Under the pieces are notes generated by a model. That model ran no database searches, was not told the origin of the DNA, and worked only from the letters and a program-made list of their open reading frames with translations. The position numbers and the translations under genes were made by a program. From the NCBI GenBank assembly GCA_035507575.1, contig DATJNY010000019.1:17681-81680 (forward strand): a stretch of DNA of 64,000 nt, read 5' to 3'. Position 1 is the stretch's first letter, and every line of letters begins with the position of its first letter. This document shows, piece after piece, positions 54,925-64,000 of this stretch. Origin of the DNA: Thermoplasmata archaeon (GTDB lineage Archaea > Thermoplasmatota > Thermoplasmata > Lutacidiplasmatales > UBA184).

Positions 54925-55351
54925 GCCGATCCAGGTGCAGCAGGAGATAGTGCAGGTACAGGCGCTCCGGCCGGTGGGAGGGTCCGGGCGCGCGCGGGGG
55001 GTTTCCCGGTGCCGACTCGACCTCGGCCCGGTGGCGTTCGAGCGTCTCCGCGTGGTGCTCGTGCTCCGTGCCGTGGTACGAACGGCCGACCGGTCCGACG
55101 AGCGGAGGATACACGTGCCCCACGGGATCGTACGGGGCCGGTTCGACGACCGCGCGGCGCGGCGGCGACGCCCACGGGGGGCGCTCCCGTTCGGGGGCGG
55201 ACGGGAGCTTGCCTTCGAGGTACGGGTGGACGGGCCGGTCGGGGTCCTGGAGCTCGCCGATCGGGCGTCCCGCCACGTCCTCGACGATCGACTTCAGGTT
55301 CCAGCTGGTCTTGCGTCGCGGAGGGCGGTCGGAGCTCGCTTCGGCCTCCAC
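54836..55351 (-). CDS. Hypothetical protein
   Basis: TTTA element about 25 nt upstream of GTG 55351. Helical C-terminus 'ERLYLHYLLLHLDRL'. Overlaps the MTase 3' end convergently. Confidence 0.55.
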   Translation of the reverse strand: MEAEASSDRPPRRKTSWNLKSIVEDVAGRPIGELQDPDRPVHPYLEGKLPSAPERERPPWASPPRRAVVEPAPYDPVGHVYPPLVGPVGRSYHGTEHEHHAETLERHRAEVESAPGNPPRAPGPSHRPERLYLHYLLLHLDRLSPSALQYLKQAVDDEVAHRARPPLPPAE

Positions 55352-55373
55352 GTCCGACGCTCCCGACGGGGAC

Positions 55374-57056
55374 TCATAAACCTGTGTTTGGAGCGGCACC
55401 CGGCGCCCCGCCGGACGCCCCGAGCCGTTCGGTCAGGAAGGCGACTTCCTCCGACGCCGCGACGATCGCGAGCGGGAGGTGGAGCTCCCCGATGCGCCAG
55501 AGGGATTCCGAGTACCCCGTCTCTCGCGGCAGGCGCGCCTTCGGGAGCCAATCGGCCTCCGCCGCCGTGAGCCCGAAGAACTCCCGGGTCGCCCGCGAGA
55601 CCTCGGGAAGGCGGAGGAACGCCGTCGCCCGAAGGTTCCGCAGGGTCGCCCGGCCCTCCTCGGTGGCGAGGAAGTCGTCGGGCGCCTGACTCAGCAGCAG
55701 GATTCCCGCATCGAAGTGGCGCACGTGCCGGACGATCCGGTCCAGGAACTCGGCGATCGCCGGGGAGCGCACGAGGAGGTGCGCCTCGTCGAGGACGAGG
55801 AGCTTCGCTCCGGGCCGCGCCCGCATTCGGCCGTACGCCCAGTCGAGGAGGTACGCGAGATGGAACGCGAGCTGGTCCGCGGGCACTCCGCGAAAGTCGA
55901 CCGCCACCGGTCCGGCGGCCGTGGAGAGGGTTGTGGGGCCGTTGACGCTGGAGAGCGAGCCCGAGCGAAACACGTCCAGCAGCGTCGGGAGTCGCCCCGC
56001 GCCCGCCCTTCCGTCGTCCACCTCGGTCAGCAGGTCCTCGAACGTCGGGACCTCGGGGCCTCGGGTGTAGAGCCGGGAGATCGCGGCGTCGAGGGTCGCC
56101 GCTTCCCCGTCGTCCAGGCTCGGGAAGAGCGCGCGCAGCATCGACGCGACGCGCGCCGCCTTCTCCCGTCGGTCGCCGCCCGTCGTGATCGGGTCGAGCG
56201 GATTCAGCCGCCCCGTCCCTCCGTCCCCGACCGTCACCACGGACCCTCCCAGAGACCGCACGAGCGGGCCGAACTCTCCCAGCGGATCGAGGATCGTCAT
56301 CTCGACGTTCGGTCGGGTCCATCGGGTGCGCAGGAGGTACAGCGCCGCCGCGAACGTCTTGCCCGCCCCGGTCGTGCCGAAGATCCCCCAGGAGTAGCTC
56401 GGGTGCTCCCACCGATTGAGGAACACCGGGCTCGCGTCGGAGAGCGCCAGCCCGACCAGGATGCCGCCCGGCTCGACCACGCTCTCGTCGCCGAAGGGGT
56501 AGAGCGCCGCGACGCCATCGGTCGGCAGCGTGTGCCAGTACCCGACGGGCCGGGGCTCGGTGCCGGTGAGATCGGGCGGAGCCAGGGCGGCCCGGACCTC
56601 GTAGCGCGGGATCCGCGGACGAAAACCGAAGCCCGAGAGTCGCTCGGCGAGGCGGGCCCGGACCGCCTCGACCCGTGGGCGGGAGGCCGCCGTCGCGACG
56701 AACCGCACCCCGACGCGCCAGAGCTCCTGGGTCCGTCGCGCCACGGCCCGTCCGAAATCCTCGGCCGAGGTCCGCTCGACCTCGAGCTCTGAGGTACGGA
56801 CGCCACCCCCCGACGCGATCTCCGCCTCGGCCACCGTTCGGGCGCCGTGGAGGATCTCGAGCGCCCGCTCCGGCGGGAGGCGATGGAATTCGAGGAACAG
56901 GTCGACCGGCTCGGTCGTCGGCACGGCCCGACCGAGGAATCCGAACGGGAGCTCGGGCGGGAACTGGGCGACGAGCAACGGCGCCGAGTACGCTCCTCCC
57001 GACCGGCGCCACGTCGCCCCCTCTTCCACGCCGGCCCGGGGCGCTTGGCCGGTCAT
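55374..57056 (-). CDS. VirB4/HerA-FtsK family ATPase
   Basis: ATG overlaps the upstream stop. Walker A 'IFGTTGAGKT', 'ILDPLGEF', 'RLNPLD', 'PTFEDL', Walker B 'LVLDEAH', 'LLSQAPDDF'. Confidence 0.88.
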   Translation of the reverse strand: MTGQAPRAGVEEGATWRRSGGAYSAPLLVAQFPPELPFGFLGRAVPTTEPVDLFLEFHRLPPERALEILHGARTVAEAEIASGGGVRTSELEVERTSAEDFGRAVARRTQELWRVGVRFVATAASRPRVEAVRARLAERLSGFGFRPRIPRYEVRAALAPPDLTGTEPRPVGYWHTLPTDGVAALYPFGDESVVEPGGILVGLALSDASPVFLNRWEHPSYSWGIFGTTGAGKTFAAALYLLRTRWTRPNVEMTILDPLGEFGPLVRSLGGSVVTVGDGGTGRLNPLDPITTGGDRREKAARVASMLRALFPSLDDGEAATLDAAISRLYTRGPEVPTFEDLLTEVDDGRAGAGRLPTLLDVFRSGSLSSVNGPTTLSTAAGPVAVDFRGVPADQLAFHLAYLLDWAYGRMRARPGAKLLVLDEAHLLVRSPAIAEFLDRIVRHVRHFDAGILLLSQAPDDFLATEEGRATLRNLRATAFLRLPEVSRATREFFGLTAAEADWLPKARLPRETGYSESLWRIGELHLPLAIVAASEEVAFLTERLGASGGAPGAAPNTGL

Positions 57057-57442
57057 GGCGCCGCCGTCCCCGAAGCGTGGCGTGCACGGCGCGGGGAGAA
57101 CTCGGCCCATCCAAGCGGGAGCAGCGACGCCGCCAGGCCCAGCGCCCGGACCGGAGTCCACGGCGACGGAGCGAGCGCGAACGCCACCGCTCCCGCGCCG
57201 ACCGACAACCACGCCACCATCGTTCCGACGCCGAGTGGGGCCGGCGCGGCCGCGCCGGGCCGGTGACGCGACGCCCAGCCGGCGATCGCGAGCGCGACGA
57301 GCGCCACGACGAGGGAGTCCAGATACGGCAGGAGGATCGCGAGAGCGCCGACGACGAGCCCCAGCGCGAGGGCGGTCCGAAACGGGTCGAGTTCGATCGG
57401 CACCCCGCGTCCGCCGGTCGGGGGAACGGGCCGCGGCGTCAC
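57053..57442 (-). CDS. Small 4-TM membrane protein (129 aa) in the VirB4-like operon
   Basis: GTG 57442 overlaps the upstream stop and its stop overlaps the VirB4 ATG. Four hydrophobic segments. Confidence 0.7.
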   Translation of the reverse strand: MTPRPVPPTGGRGVPIELDPFRTALALGLVVGALAILLPYLDSLVVALVALAIAGWASRHRPGAAAPAPLGVGTMVAWLSVGAGAVAFALAPSPWTPVRALGLAASLLPLGWAEFSPRRARHASGTAAP

Positions 57443-58203
57443 GTCCACCCCACGCGACGCGCCGCGTCGAACAGCCGGCCGTCTCGCAGGCGCGTCGCCG
57501 CGATGCCGCATTCCCCGAGTCGATCCGCGAGGCCCTCGGACCGGCGGTCGAGGTCGTCGCGTCCGTCCCGGCCCGCCCCGGCGGCGACGAGCGTGAGGTA
57601 GACCTGTCGCACCCGGCGGCGTCGGCAGATCATCTCCACGAGCTCGGCGTACGTCGCGCGGGCGGCCGCGTCGGGACCCGGCGCACCGGGCGGGGGCAGC
57701 CGCACGAGCGCGACGGCCATCGGGGTCGTGGTGATCCAGAGGCCAAGGTCGCCGTCGAACGACCGGAGGACGGTGCGAAACGTATCGAAGCGTCGGGCGA
57801 GGTCGGAGGGCGGGAGGTACGTGATCGGCGTGCCGCCGGCCCGGACGATCGCACCGGGACGGCCGTCCGGCGCAGGAACGAATCCCAGTCGAAGTCCCGC
57901 ACGCAGGGTCGGGGGGATCACCATGCGCACCCCCGGATCGCGCCCCAAGCGCCAATGCAGGTACGCGAACGCGCGCTCGTCCAGCGCCTGTCCGTCCGTC
58001 CGCACGACGCAGGCCGCGAACGCCGTCGCGACCGCGACGAGCCAAAGGCCGGCGCCGGTGAACGGGACGACCGCCGCGCTGACCGCGGCGTAGGTAACGA
58101 AGCGCAGGGCGTCCCGCGCCGACGAGAACGGCCCGAGCCGGAGCCGCCGGTCGACCCGCTCCGGGATCGCGGCCACGGGGGGACCGTCTCCGGGGTCGTC
58201 CAT
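57439..58203 (-). CDS. PrgI/VirB3-like membrane protein
   Basis: 'IPERVDRRLRLGPFSSARD', two TM helices, 'DGQALD' (PrgI-like pattern), then a cytoplasmic domain. Confidence 0.6.
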   Translation of the reverse strand: MDDPGDGPPVAAIPERVDRRLRLGPFSSARDALRFVTYAAVSAAVVPFTGAGLWLVAVATAFAACVVRTDGQALDERAFAYLHWRLGRDPGVRMVIPPTLRAGLRLGFVPAPDGRPGAIVRAGGTPITYLPPSDLARRFDTFRTVLRSFDGDLGLWITTTPMAVALVRLPPPGAPGPDAAARATYAELVEMICRRRRVRQVYLTLVAAGAGRDGRDDLDRRSEGLADRLGECGIAATRLRDGRLFDAARRVGWT

Positions 58204-58204
58204 C

Positions 58205-59344
58205 TCATCCTCGCCCTCCGTAGCCCGTGTCGACCGCCGGCCACCGTCCGGGTCCGTTGGGGTGCTTCGCGCGGCTCTGCAGGTGCCGCACGAGGTGCGC
58301 CGCGCCGTGCCCGGCGACCTGTGCCGCCGCGAGCGGGAGCGCGACCGGTGCCGAGGCCGACCCGGCCACCCGCAGCGCCCCGCTCGCCGCCTGGCGCCCC
58401 GCCGAGCCGGTGGACGGGGGCGCCGCGGACGGCGCTGCGTACCCGGAGACCCCGGTGGGGGCGGCGGCGAGGCCGCGTTGCGCCCCGCCCCCGATGGCGC
58501 TAGCGCTCCCGGGGAAGCCGAACGCGGTGAGATGCGTGCCGGCGAGCGAGAGGAGATACGGGGACGCGAGCGCGCAGCCGAGGTAGCCGACGAGGAGCAC
58601 GATCGTCGGGCTCCCGACGGCGAGTTCGAGCGGGACGATCAGCACGCACGGCAGGAAGACGAGCTCGACGAACAGGAACCAGGCCCGCCGCGCGAGCGGC
58701 GCGAGCGGCCGGAACGGCCAGAGCAGCGTGAAGATCGGCAGGAGCACGAGCAGCACCGCGAGGAGGGCGTCGCGCAGGCCGACGGCCAGCACGAGCCCGA
58801 AGACGAGGAAGAACTCGACGAGGGAGAGGACGAACGCCAGCGCCCCGTTGTCCCAGGAGAACTTCCCCTGGCCGATCCCGGCGAGGTTCACCCAGTGCTG
58901 CCACGCGCCACCGTCCCAGCCCGCGAGGACCGGATACAGCCCGGCGCCGACCGCGAGGATCGCCCCGGCGATCGGCACGGTGAAGTTCGCGGCGACGACG
59001 GCGATCACGAGCCGCGGGAGGAGGGCGTCGAGCTCGTTGGCCCAGCGGGCGATCGACGCACGAGCGAGGTAGCAGATCGCGACCCCGAGCGCGACGAGCG
59101 CGATCGCCGGATCGACGATGTTCGCGAGCGTGTACGTCGAGAAGCTCGTGGCTCCGGCGAGGTAGTTCGACGGGTCGGAGGTGCTCGCGACGAGCGGGGG
59201 GTAGAGCGCCGCCGGGGAGAGCTCCGGGACCAGCAGCTGGTCGTACGTCGGGCCGACGACCGCCGAGACGAGCGCGGTCAGCCCGGCGAAGAGGAAGAAC
59301 AGGATCGCCTGGATGATGCTGGCCCAATCGATCCCGAGCGGCAT
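58205..59344 (-). CDS. VirB6/TrbL/CedA-like polytopic membrane protein
   Basis: Multiple TM helices, 'LLPRLVIAVVAANF', 'LRDALLAVLLVLLPI...LWPF...ARRAW', Gly/Ala-rich tail. Confidence 0.7.
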   Translation of the reverse strand: MPLGIDWASIIQAILFFLFAGLTALVSAVVGPTYDQLLVPELSPAALYPPLVASTSDPSNYLAGATSFSTYTLANIVDPAIALVALGVAICYLARASIARWANELDALLPRLVIAVVAANFTVPIAGAILAVGAGLYPVLAGWDGGAWQHWVNLAGIGQGKFSWDNGALAFVLSLVEFFLVFGLVLAVGLRDALLAVLLVLLPIFTLLWPFRPLAPLARRAWFLFVELVFLPCVLIVPLELAVGSPTIVLLVGYLGCALASPYLLSLAGTHLTAFGFPGSASAIGGGAQRGLAAAPTGVSGYAAPSAAPPSTGSAGRQAASGALRVAGSASAPVALPLAAAQVAGHGAAHLVRHLQSRAKHPNGPGRWPAVDTGYGGRG

Positions 59345-59359
59345 CGTCCCGGTCCCGGG

Positions 59360-59734
59360 TCAGCTGCCCGTGAGCACCCAGTGCGCGAGCCCCCAGACGA
59401 GGCCGGTGATCGCGGCGACGAACAGCAGGCTCCCGATGAGCGCGTCCCGCGCGCGCTCCTTCGCCTGGATCTTCTTCGTGACGTCGTGGGAGAACCAGCT
59501 GAGCGCCACCCGCGCCCAGACGAGGGCCAGCAACCCGCTCCCCGCGACCCCGACGAGTTCGACCAGGCGGTTGATCGACGCGGTGAAGTTCGAGACGGGG
59601 GTCGACGAGGCGGACGGGACGACGGTCGCCGTGCCGAGGGGGTGGGTCGGGATCGACGCCGTCGTGGCCGGCCCCAGGCTCGCGCCGAGCACGAGCGCGA
59701 GGCCGAACAGCGCGGTCGCGCGGGGGCCGATCAT
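59360..59734 (-). CDS. VirB2/TrbC/CedA1-like conjugative-type pilin
   Basis: Signal-like N-terminus, then two hydrophobic helices separated by the basic loop 'SHDVTKKIQAKERARDALIG'. ATG overlaps the upstream stop. Confidence 0.68.
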   Translation of the reverse strand: MIGPRATALFGLALVLGASLGPATTASIPTHPLGTATVVPSASSTPVSNFTASINRLVELVGVAGSGLLALVWARVALSWFSHDVTKKIQAKERARDALIGSLLFVAAITGLVWGLAHWVLTGS

Positions 59735-61920
59735 CGCTCGCTCGACCATGCGAGGATCTCCCCTCCCTCGGAGTCGATCTCGGATCGGAGCGTACCGTCC
59801 GCCTTCAGTCGGTCGATCGTCGCGGCGGCGAGCTCGATCGGCACGCCGGCCTCGTCGGCGAGGAGTTCCACGGTCGCACGGTCGGCCCCTTCGGCCGGTT
59901 CGATGATCCCGCGCAGGACCTCCCGGGCGTCGACCGGCGGAGGAGGGGGCGAACGGGATCGGAGGTGCCGTCGCCAGAGGGAGAACGCTCCCATCGCGAC
60001 CCCGACGGCGACGACCAGGCCCGTGACGAGGAGGGGCTCCGCCTCACTGGCGCCGGCACCGGCACGGGAGGCGTTGGGGGGGGTCGGGGCCGGTGGCGGG
60101 ACGACGGGGGCGCGCGCGGTCGAGTTCGCGACGACCCCGAGCGCGTCGACGACCGTGATGCGAAGATCCAAGAGACCACCGATCCCGGTCGTGAACGCCT
60201 CGATGAACGCCCCGTCCGACGAGATCGTCCGGTTCCATTCGAGGCCGGCCGTCGCGCTCACGTTCACCTGGAACGGGGGGACCCCCCCCGCGACGCGGAG
60301 GCCGAGCGCGAAATCGCCGGCCGGCGGCAATCCCGACGGGTCCACGGAGACCTGCACGGCGAGCGGCGGAACGACGACCAGCGCGGCGAGGGCGGTTGCC
60401 ACGCCCCCGGCCGCGTCGGCCACGACGACCGTCAAATTGACGGACCCCTCGACCGAGTAGTTCGCGCTCCAGCCGAAGGCACCCACCGTCGAGAGGTTTC
60501 CGGCGGCGGGGGAGCCGTTCGTCGCAGCGCACGACGGGACGACGGCCCAATCGAACGGGGGCGTGCCCGCGAGGACGCTCCCGGTGACCTGCAGTGCGGC
60601 GCCGTCGGACGTGGGGGTCCGCGCCGAGATCGCGGTGACCACGAGCGCCGGATCGACCACGAGCGGCGTCGTCGCGTTCGTCGCGGCGACTCCGTCGGCG
60701 TCGGTGAGACGTGCTGCGAGCGAGAGGTCGCCGGCGACCGAAGGCACGATCGGAAGGAACACCCGCCCGTCGGCCGCGGCCGTCTCGGTTCCCTGCTCGG
60801 AGGTACCGATCTCGGACCACGTGAGCTGGAACGGGGGAACGCCGCCCGCGATCTCGAACGGCACCGCGCTCGGGAGGCCGACCTCCGCGGTGACGTTCCC
60901 CCCGACCGGGGTCAGCGTCGGGAGGGGCTCGACGTCCTCGGAGAATCCCGCGGTGACCCCGACCCCCGGGACCGGAGGGAAGACCTCGAACAGGACCGAG
61001 CCGGCTCCGACGTCCGAGAAGGCGCAGGAGAGGTTCGTGATCGACGCGTTGCCGAAATCCTCGGGCCGGGCCGGGTTCGTGCACGACCATCCCCAACTGG
61101 AGCCGTTCGGCAGATCGAGCGTCGTCGCTCGGAACTCGAGGGAGGTACCGACGTCGACGGACGTCGCCGGGGCGGCGAGCCCCGCCGCGAGCCCGTCGGA
61201 GACGGTCAGGTCCGCGTCGACCGTGCCGCGGGTCGATTGTCCGGCGGCATCGACCACGACGACGAGCGGTCGGTAGCTCCCGCTCGCGAAGCGATGGGAG
61301 GTCACGAACGATCCCGGGCGCTCTACGGTGAGGTTCGTCGAGCGCCCGTCCCCCCACGCGACCGAGACGAGATACGGCGGGAGTCCGCCGTCGATCTCTC
61401 CGGTGACGTTCGCGGTCCCGTTCTCGCGAAGGGGATTCGGGCTCGCCACGAGGTTCGTCACGCGCACGGGCGCGACGACGGTCACGTTCGCCTCCGCGAA
61501 CCCGAGCAGGACCCGGGCGGTCGCACCGCAGGTCATCCCGCTCGCGGATCGCACCGCGATCGCGGTCGTCCCCGTCTCGGCCGAGGTCCCGAAGAACGTC
61601 GCGTTCTCGGAGGTGGTCGTCCCGAGCACCCCTTCGGCCGTCGCGCCCACCAGCCCCCAGCGGAACCAGAGCGGGGCGAGCGAGCAGCGCGGTGGGAGGC
61701 CGACCCACGCGGCGGAGAGGGACGTGGAGTTCCCCGCGGCGAGTCGCCAGGTGCTCGGATCGACGATCAGCTCCGGCTCGGGCTCGACGGCGGTCCCGAT
61801 CGGGCCGCTCCGCGACGCCTCCCTGGGGAGGGGAGCCGGGAGGAGCAGCAGGGCGACGATCGCCCCGCCCGCCAGCGCGAACCACGGACAGACCCGCACA
61901 CCGGAATTCGCGCGTCCCAC
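59731..61920 (-). CDS. Large surface protein with PKD/Ig-like repeats, C-terminal TM and cytoplasmic winged-helix-like tail
   Basis: Signal peptide, repeated 'GG.PPY/F....W....V.DA.G', 'WGDG', a TM helix, then 'ELLADEAGVPIELAAATIDRLKADGTL'. Confidence 0.8.
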   Translation of the reverse strand: MGRANSGVRVCPWFALAGGAIVALLLLPAPLPREASRSGPIGTAVEPEPELIVDPSTWRLAAGNSTSLSAAWVGLPPRCSLAPLWFRWGLVGATAEGVLGTTTSENATFFGTSAETGTTAIAVRSASGMTCGATARVLLGFAEANVTVVAPVRVTNLVASPNPLRENGTANVTGEIDGGLPPYLVSVAWGDGRSTNLTVERPGSFVTSHRFASGSYRPLVVVVDAAGQSTRGTVDADLTVSDGLAAGLAAPATSVDVGTSLEFRATTLDLPNGSSWGWSCTNPARPEDFGNASITNLSCAFSDVGAGSVLFEVFPPVPGVGVTAGFSEDVEPLPTLTPVGGNVTAEVGLPSAVPFEIAGGVPPFQLTWSEIGTSEQGTETAAADGRVFLPIVPSVAGDLSLAARLTDADGVAATNATTPLVVDPALVVTAISARTPTSDGAALQVTGSVLAGTPPFDWAVVPSCAATNGSPAAGNLSTVGAFGWSANYSVEGSVNLTVVVADAAGGVATALAALVVVPPLAVQVSVDPSGLPPAGDFALGLRVAGGVPPFQVNVSATAGLEWNRTISSDGAFIEAFTTGIGGLLDLRITVVDALGVVANSTARAPVVPPPAPTPPNASRAGAGASEAEPLLVTGLVVAVGVAMGAFSLWRRHLRSRSPPPPPVDAREVLRGIIEPAEGADRATVELLADEAGVPIELAAATIDRLKADGTLRSEIDSEGGEILAWSSER

Positions 61921-61969
61921 GGTCGCACCGGCCGTGGGAACGGACGGGGGATACTTCCTCGGCCGTCGC

Positions 61970-62647
61970 TCAGCGGTGGGTGGAAGGTGGCGGTGGAGCG
62001 AGAACCAGCGCGACGTGCTCCTTCGAGAACGGGGCGAGCTCGGCTTCGGCGCGCACCGAGAACCCGGCGCGATGGAGTTCGGCGCGCGCCTCCCGCACCA
62101 CCGCCGGGACCGGTCGGCGTTGCGTGACGGATCGCACCTTCAGCATGAGCACTCCCGTCCCGGTCGGCCCGAGCGCGGTCCGGGCGTTCTCCACGAAGAT
62201 CCCCACCTGGTTCCGCTGGGCGACGTCCTGATAGACGAGGTCGACGAGCCCCACGTCGGCGGCGTACCGTTCGGGGAGCTGCGCGTCCGCGAGGATGGGG
62301 AGCAGGTTCTCTCTCCGGCGCGCGAGCGCGAGGAGGGGCGCGAACGACGCCGGACTCTTCTCCACCGCGAAGACCGTGCCGCCGGGATCGAGCTCGGCGA
62401 GGTGGCTGACCGTGGTCCCGTGCGCCGCGCCGAGGTAGAGGATGCGCCGGACCCCGGTGAGAAGGTCCGGGGGCGCCCCCTTCCGCAGGAACGCCGCGAG
62501 CTTCGAGCGGAACGGGTCCCACTGACGGTACTCGATCTCGCCGGATCGGCGCAGCTCCTCTCCGTAGACCCGCTCCCCCGGGCGGGCGTTCCGAGTGTAC
62601 AGCTCGCGCCCCTCGCGGAAGACGCCGGGCCACGCGGTCGGTTCCAT
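61970..62647 (-). CDS. flpA: Fibrillarin (rRNA/tRNA 2'-O-methyltransferase)
   Basis: 'VYGE', 'YRQWDPFRSKLAA', 'LYLGAAHGTTVSH', 'YQDVAQRNQ'. Confidence 0.95.
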   Translation of the reverse strand: MEPTAWPGVFREGRELYTRNARPGERVYGEELRRSGEIEYRQWDPFRSKLAAFLRKGAPPDLLTGVRRILYLGAAHGTTVSHLAELDPGGTVFAVEKSPASFAPLLALARRRENLLPILADAQLPERYAADVGLVDLVYQDVAQRNQVGIFVENARTALGPTGTGVLMLKVRSVTQRRPVPAVVREARAELHRAGFSVRAEAELAPFSKEHVALVLAPPPPSTHR

Positions 62648-62657
62648 GGGGGCCCCG

Positions 62658-63122
62658 CTACTTCACGGCGAGGAAGTACTCGACCTCGACCGCGCCGTGG
62701 AGCGGAAGGTCGGCGACGCCGACTGCGATCCGGGCGGGCCGGCCGGCCTCGCCGAACAGCTCGATGAGCAGCTCCGTCGCCCCGTTGGCGACCTCGTGGG
62801 GCCGGTCGAACCCGGGAGAGGTCGCGACGTAGACCGCGACGCGCAGGAACCGCTCGATCCGATCCAGCGAGCCGAGGGTGTGGGCCAGCGCACTGAGCGC
62901 CTGGAGTGTCGCGCGACGGGCGAGCCCTTTCGCGACGTCGACCGGCACCTCCTGGTCAACTCGGCCCGGGTTGAGCACCCGTCCACTCTCCATGGCGATC
63001 TGCCCGGCGACCCAGGCGAAGCCCCCGTGGACGACGACGGGCGCGTACGCGCCCGCCGGGGGAGGCGGAGGAGGGAGCTCGAGGCCGAGGCTCTTGAGCC
63101 GCTCGGTCGGCGACGGAGACAT
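62658..63122 (-). CDS. RidA/YjgF family protein
   Basis: 'VAGQI', 'VANGATELL', 'PARIAVGVADLPLHGAVEVE'. Confidence 0.9.
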   Translation of the reverse strand: MSPSPTERLKSLGLELPPPPPPAGAYAPVVVHGGFAWVAGQIAMESGRVLNPGRVDQEVPVDVAKGLARRATLQALSALAHTLGSLDRIERFLRVAVYVATSPGFDRPHEVANGATELLIELFGEAGRPARIAVGVADLPLHGAVEVEYFLAVK

Positions 63123-63206
63123 GCGTCAGGGAAACGGTCGTGGGAAAAAGCGCTGCGGTGCGTCCCGCCCGACACGCTCAAGGCTTCCGGCCGGCTTTCC
63201 GCCGTG

Positions 63207-63605
63207 ATGTCGTTCTTCCGCCGGCGGCGCAAGGAGAACGAGGAACCGGAGAAGAAACCGGCGGCGACCCCGCCCCCGAAGGTCGCCGCGCCGAAAGGCG
63301 CGTCCGGGCCGCGCTCCCCCTCGAAGGACGGGGATCCCGCTCCGTCGGCGCTCGGCGCCACCCCGCCCGCATCGACCCCGCCGACGGAGCCGTCGGCCCC
63401 GGCCGAGCCGACGGGCGTCGCCGCGCCGGTGCCGGCGCCGGAATCCCCCCGGGCCCCGGCCCCGCCTCCGCCGCTTCCGGACCGTCCCACGATCGTCGCC
63501 GGGCCCGCCCCGATCGTCGCGCGCCCGCTCTCGCAGTGCTTCGTCTGCGGTTCCCCGCTCGACGGCGGGAAGTGTCCGACCTGCCGGATGACCTGGATCG
63601 AGTGA
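63207..63605 (+). CDS. Small Pro/Ala-rich protein with C-terminal zinc ribbon
   Basis: 'MSFFRRRRK', low-complexity linker, 'CFVCG...CPTC'. Confidence 0.7.
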   Translation: MSFFRRRRKENEEPEKKPAATPPPKVAAPKGASGPRSPSKDGDPAPSALGATPPASTPPTEPSAPAEPTGVAAPVPAPESPRAPAPPPPLPDRPTIVAGPAPIVARPLSQCFVCGSPLDGGKCPTCRMTWIE

Positions 63606-63670
63606 GCGCCCCCCGGGGTGTCGTGGACGACTAGCGTTTTGAACCCCTCCCGCTCCGAAGCACGAACATC

Positions 63671-64000
63671 ATGCCGGATGGGAGAGCCGTGGCCGCGGAG
63701 CTCGACGCGCTGGAACGCCGCATCGTGGATCATCTTTTCGAGCTCGAGCCATCGTACGCGGTGGGGCTCGGTCTCCACCGCTACGACGGCCTCGTCCCGG
63801 ATCTCTCCCGGGCGGCGACGGAGTCCTGGGCGACGCGTGCCGACGCCCTCCTCGCCCAGCTCAGTCGCATTGACGACGCCTCGCTCTCCGACGCCCGGCG
63901 CGTCGACCGCTTCCTCCTTCGCCTCTTGCTCGAGAGCCCGCTGTTCGATCTGCGGGAGGCGCAGGACCTCGACCGGAACCCGATGTCGTACGTCGGGAGC
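63671..64000 (+). CDS. DUF885-family protein (3' truncated by window)
   Basis: Open frame from ATG 63671 with 'PSYAVGLGLHRYDGLVPDLS'. Confidence 0.7.
   Translation, partial: MPDGRAVAAELDALERRIVDHLFELEPSYAVGLGLHRYDGLVPDLSRAATESWATRADALLAQLSRIDDASLSDARRVDRFLLRLLLESPLFDLREAQDLDRNPMSYVGS

Noticed and set aside
55374..61920. Integrated conjugative element
   Set aside because: No relaxase, VirD4, integrase or flanking repeats seen, and composition is host-like.
240..64000. Many long overlapping ORFs in the six-frame track (e.g. 2850-4757 +, 15411-17537 +, 49709-52084 +, 59965-62127 +)
   Set aside because: Arg/Pro/Gly-rich shadow frames of real genes in high-GC DNA, with no family motifs.

Overview
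High-GC archaeal chromosome segment. Archaeal markers are fibrillarin, an HPS-RraA fusion, archaeal-type TruA, an AbrB-PhoU regulator and an intron-containing tRNA with a bulge-helix-bulge motif. By inference it is most likely a Thermoplasmata lineage. From left to right: (1) 1-20.4 kb is an amine/polyamine-type catabolic cluster with a Dpp/Opp ABC transporter, three class III aminotransferases, three aldehyde dehydrogenases, a flavin amine oxidase and a Rieske oxygenase. (2) 21.7-27.8 kb is an integrase-less island bounded by a 20-bp direct repeat of the 3' end of tRNA-Glu. It carries a secreted protein with a G1-peptidase-like domain and a C-terminal Hint domain, plus a YVTN-type beta-propeller. 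(3) 31.6-46.8 kb is the best candidate for a new system: a type IV pilus assembly locus whose pilin is fused to a PstS phosphate-binding domain. It has an assembly ATPase, two platform proteins (one fused to an Ig-like domain), a second pilin, a degenerate FlaH/KaiC protein and an ExeA-like ATPase, and it is joined to a PhoU regulator and the pstSCAB-phoU operon (a putative 'phosphate bindosome'). (4) 47-55 kb holds housekeeping and accessory genes, including an orphan m4C methyltransferase of the probable CTAG family. (5) 55.4-61.9 kb is a compact VirB2/VirB6/PrgI/VirB4-like operon next to fibrillarin, with no mobility genes, resembling a domesticated Ced/Ted-like DNA-transfer system. All calls come from motif reading by eye; no database searches were run.
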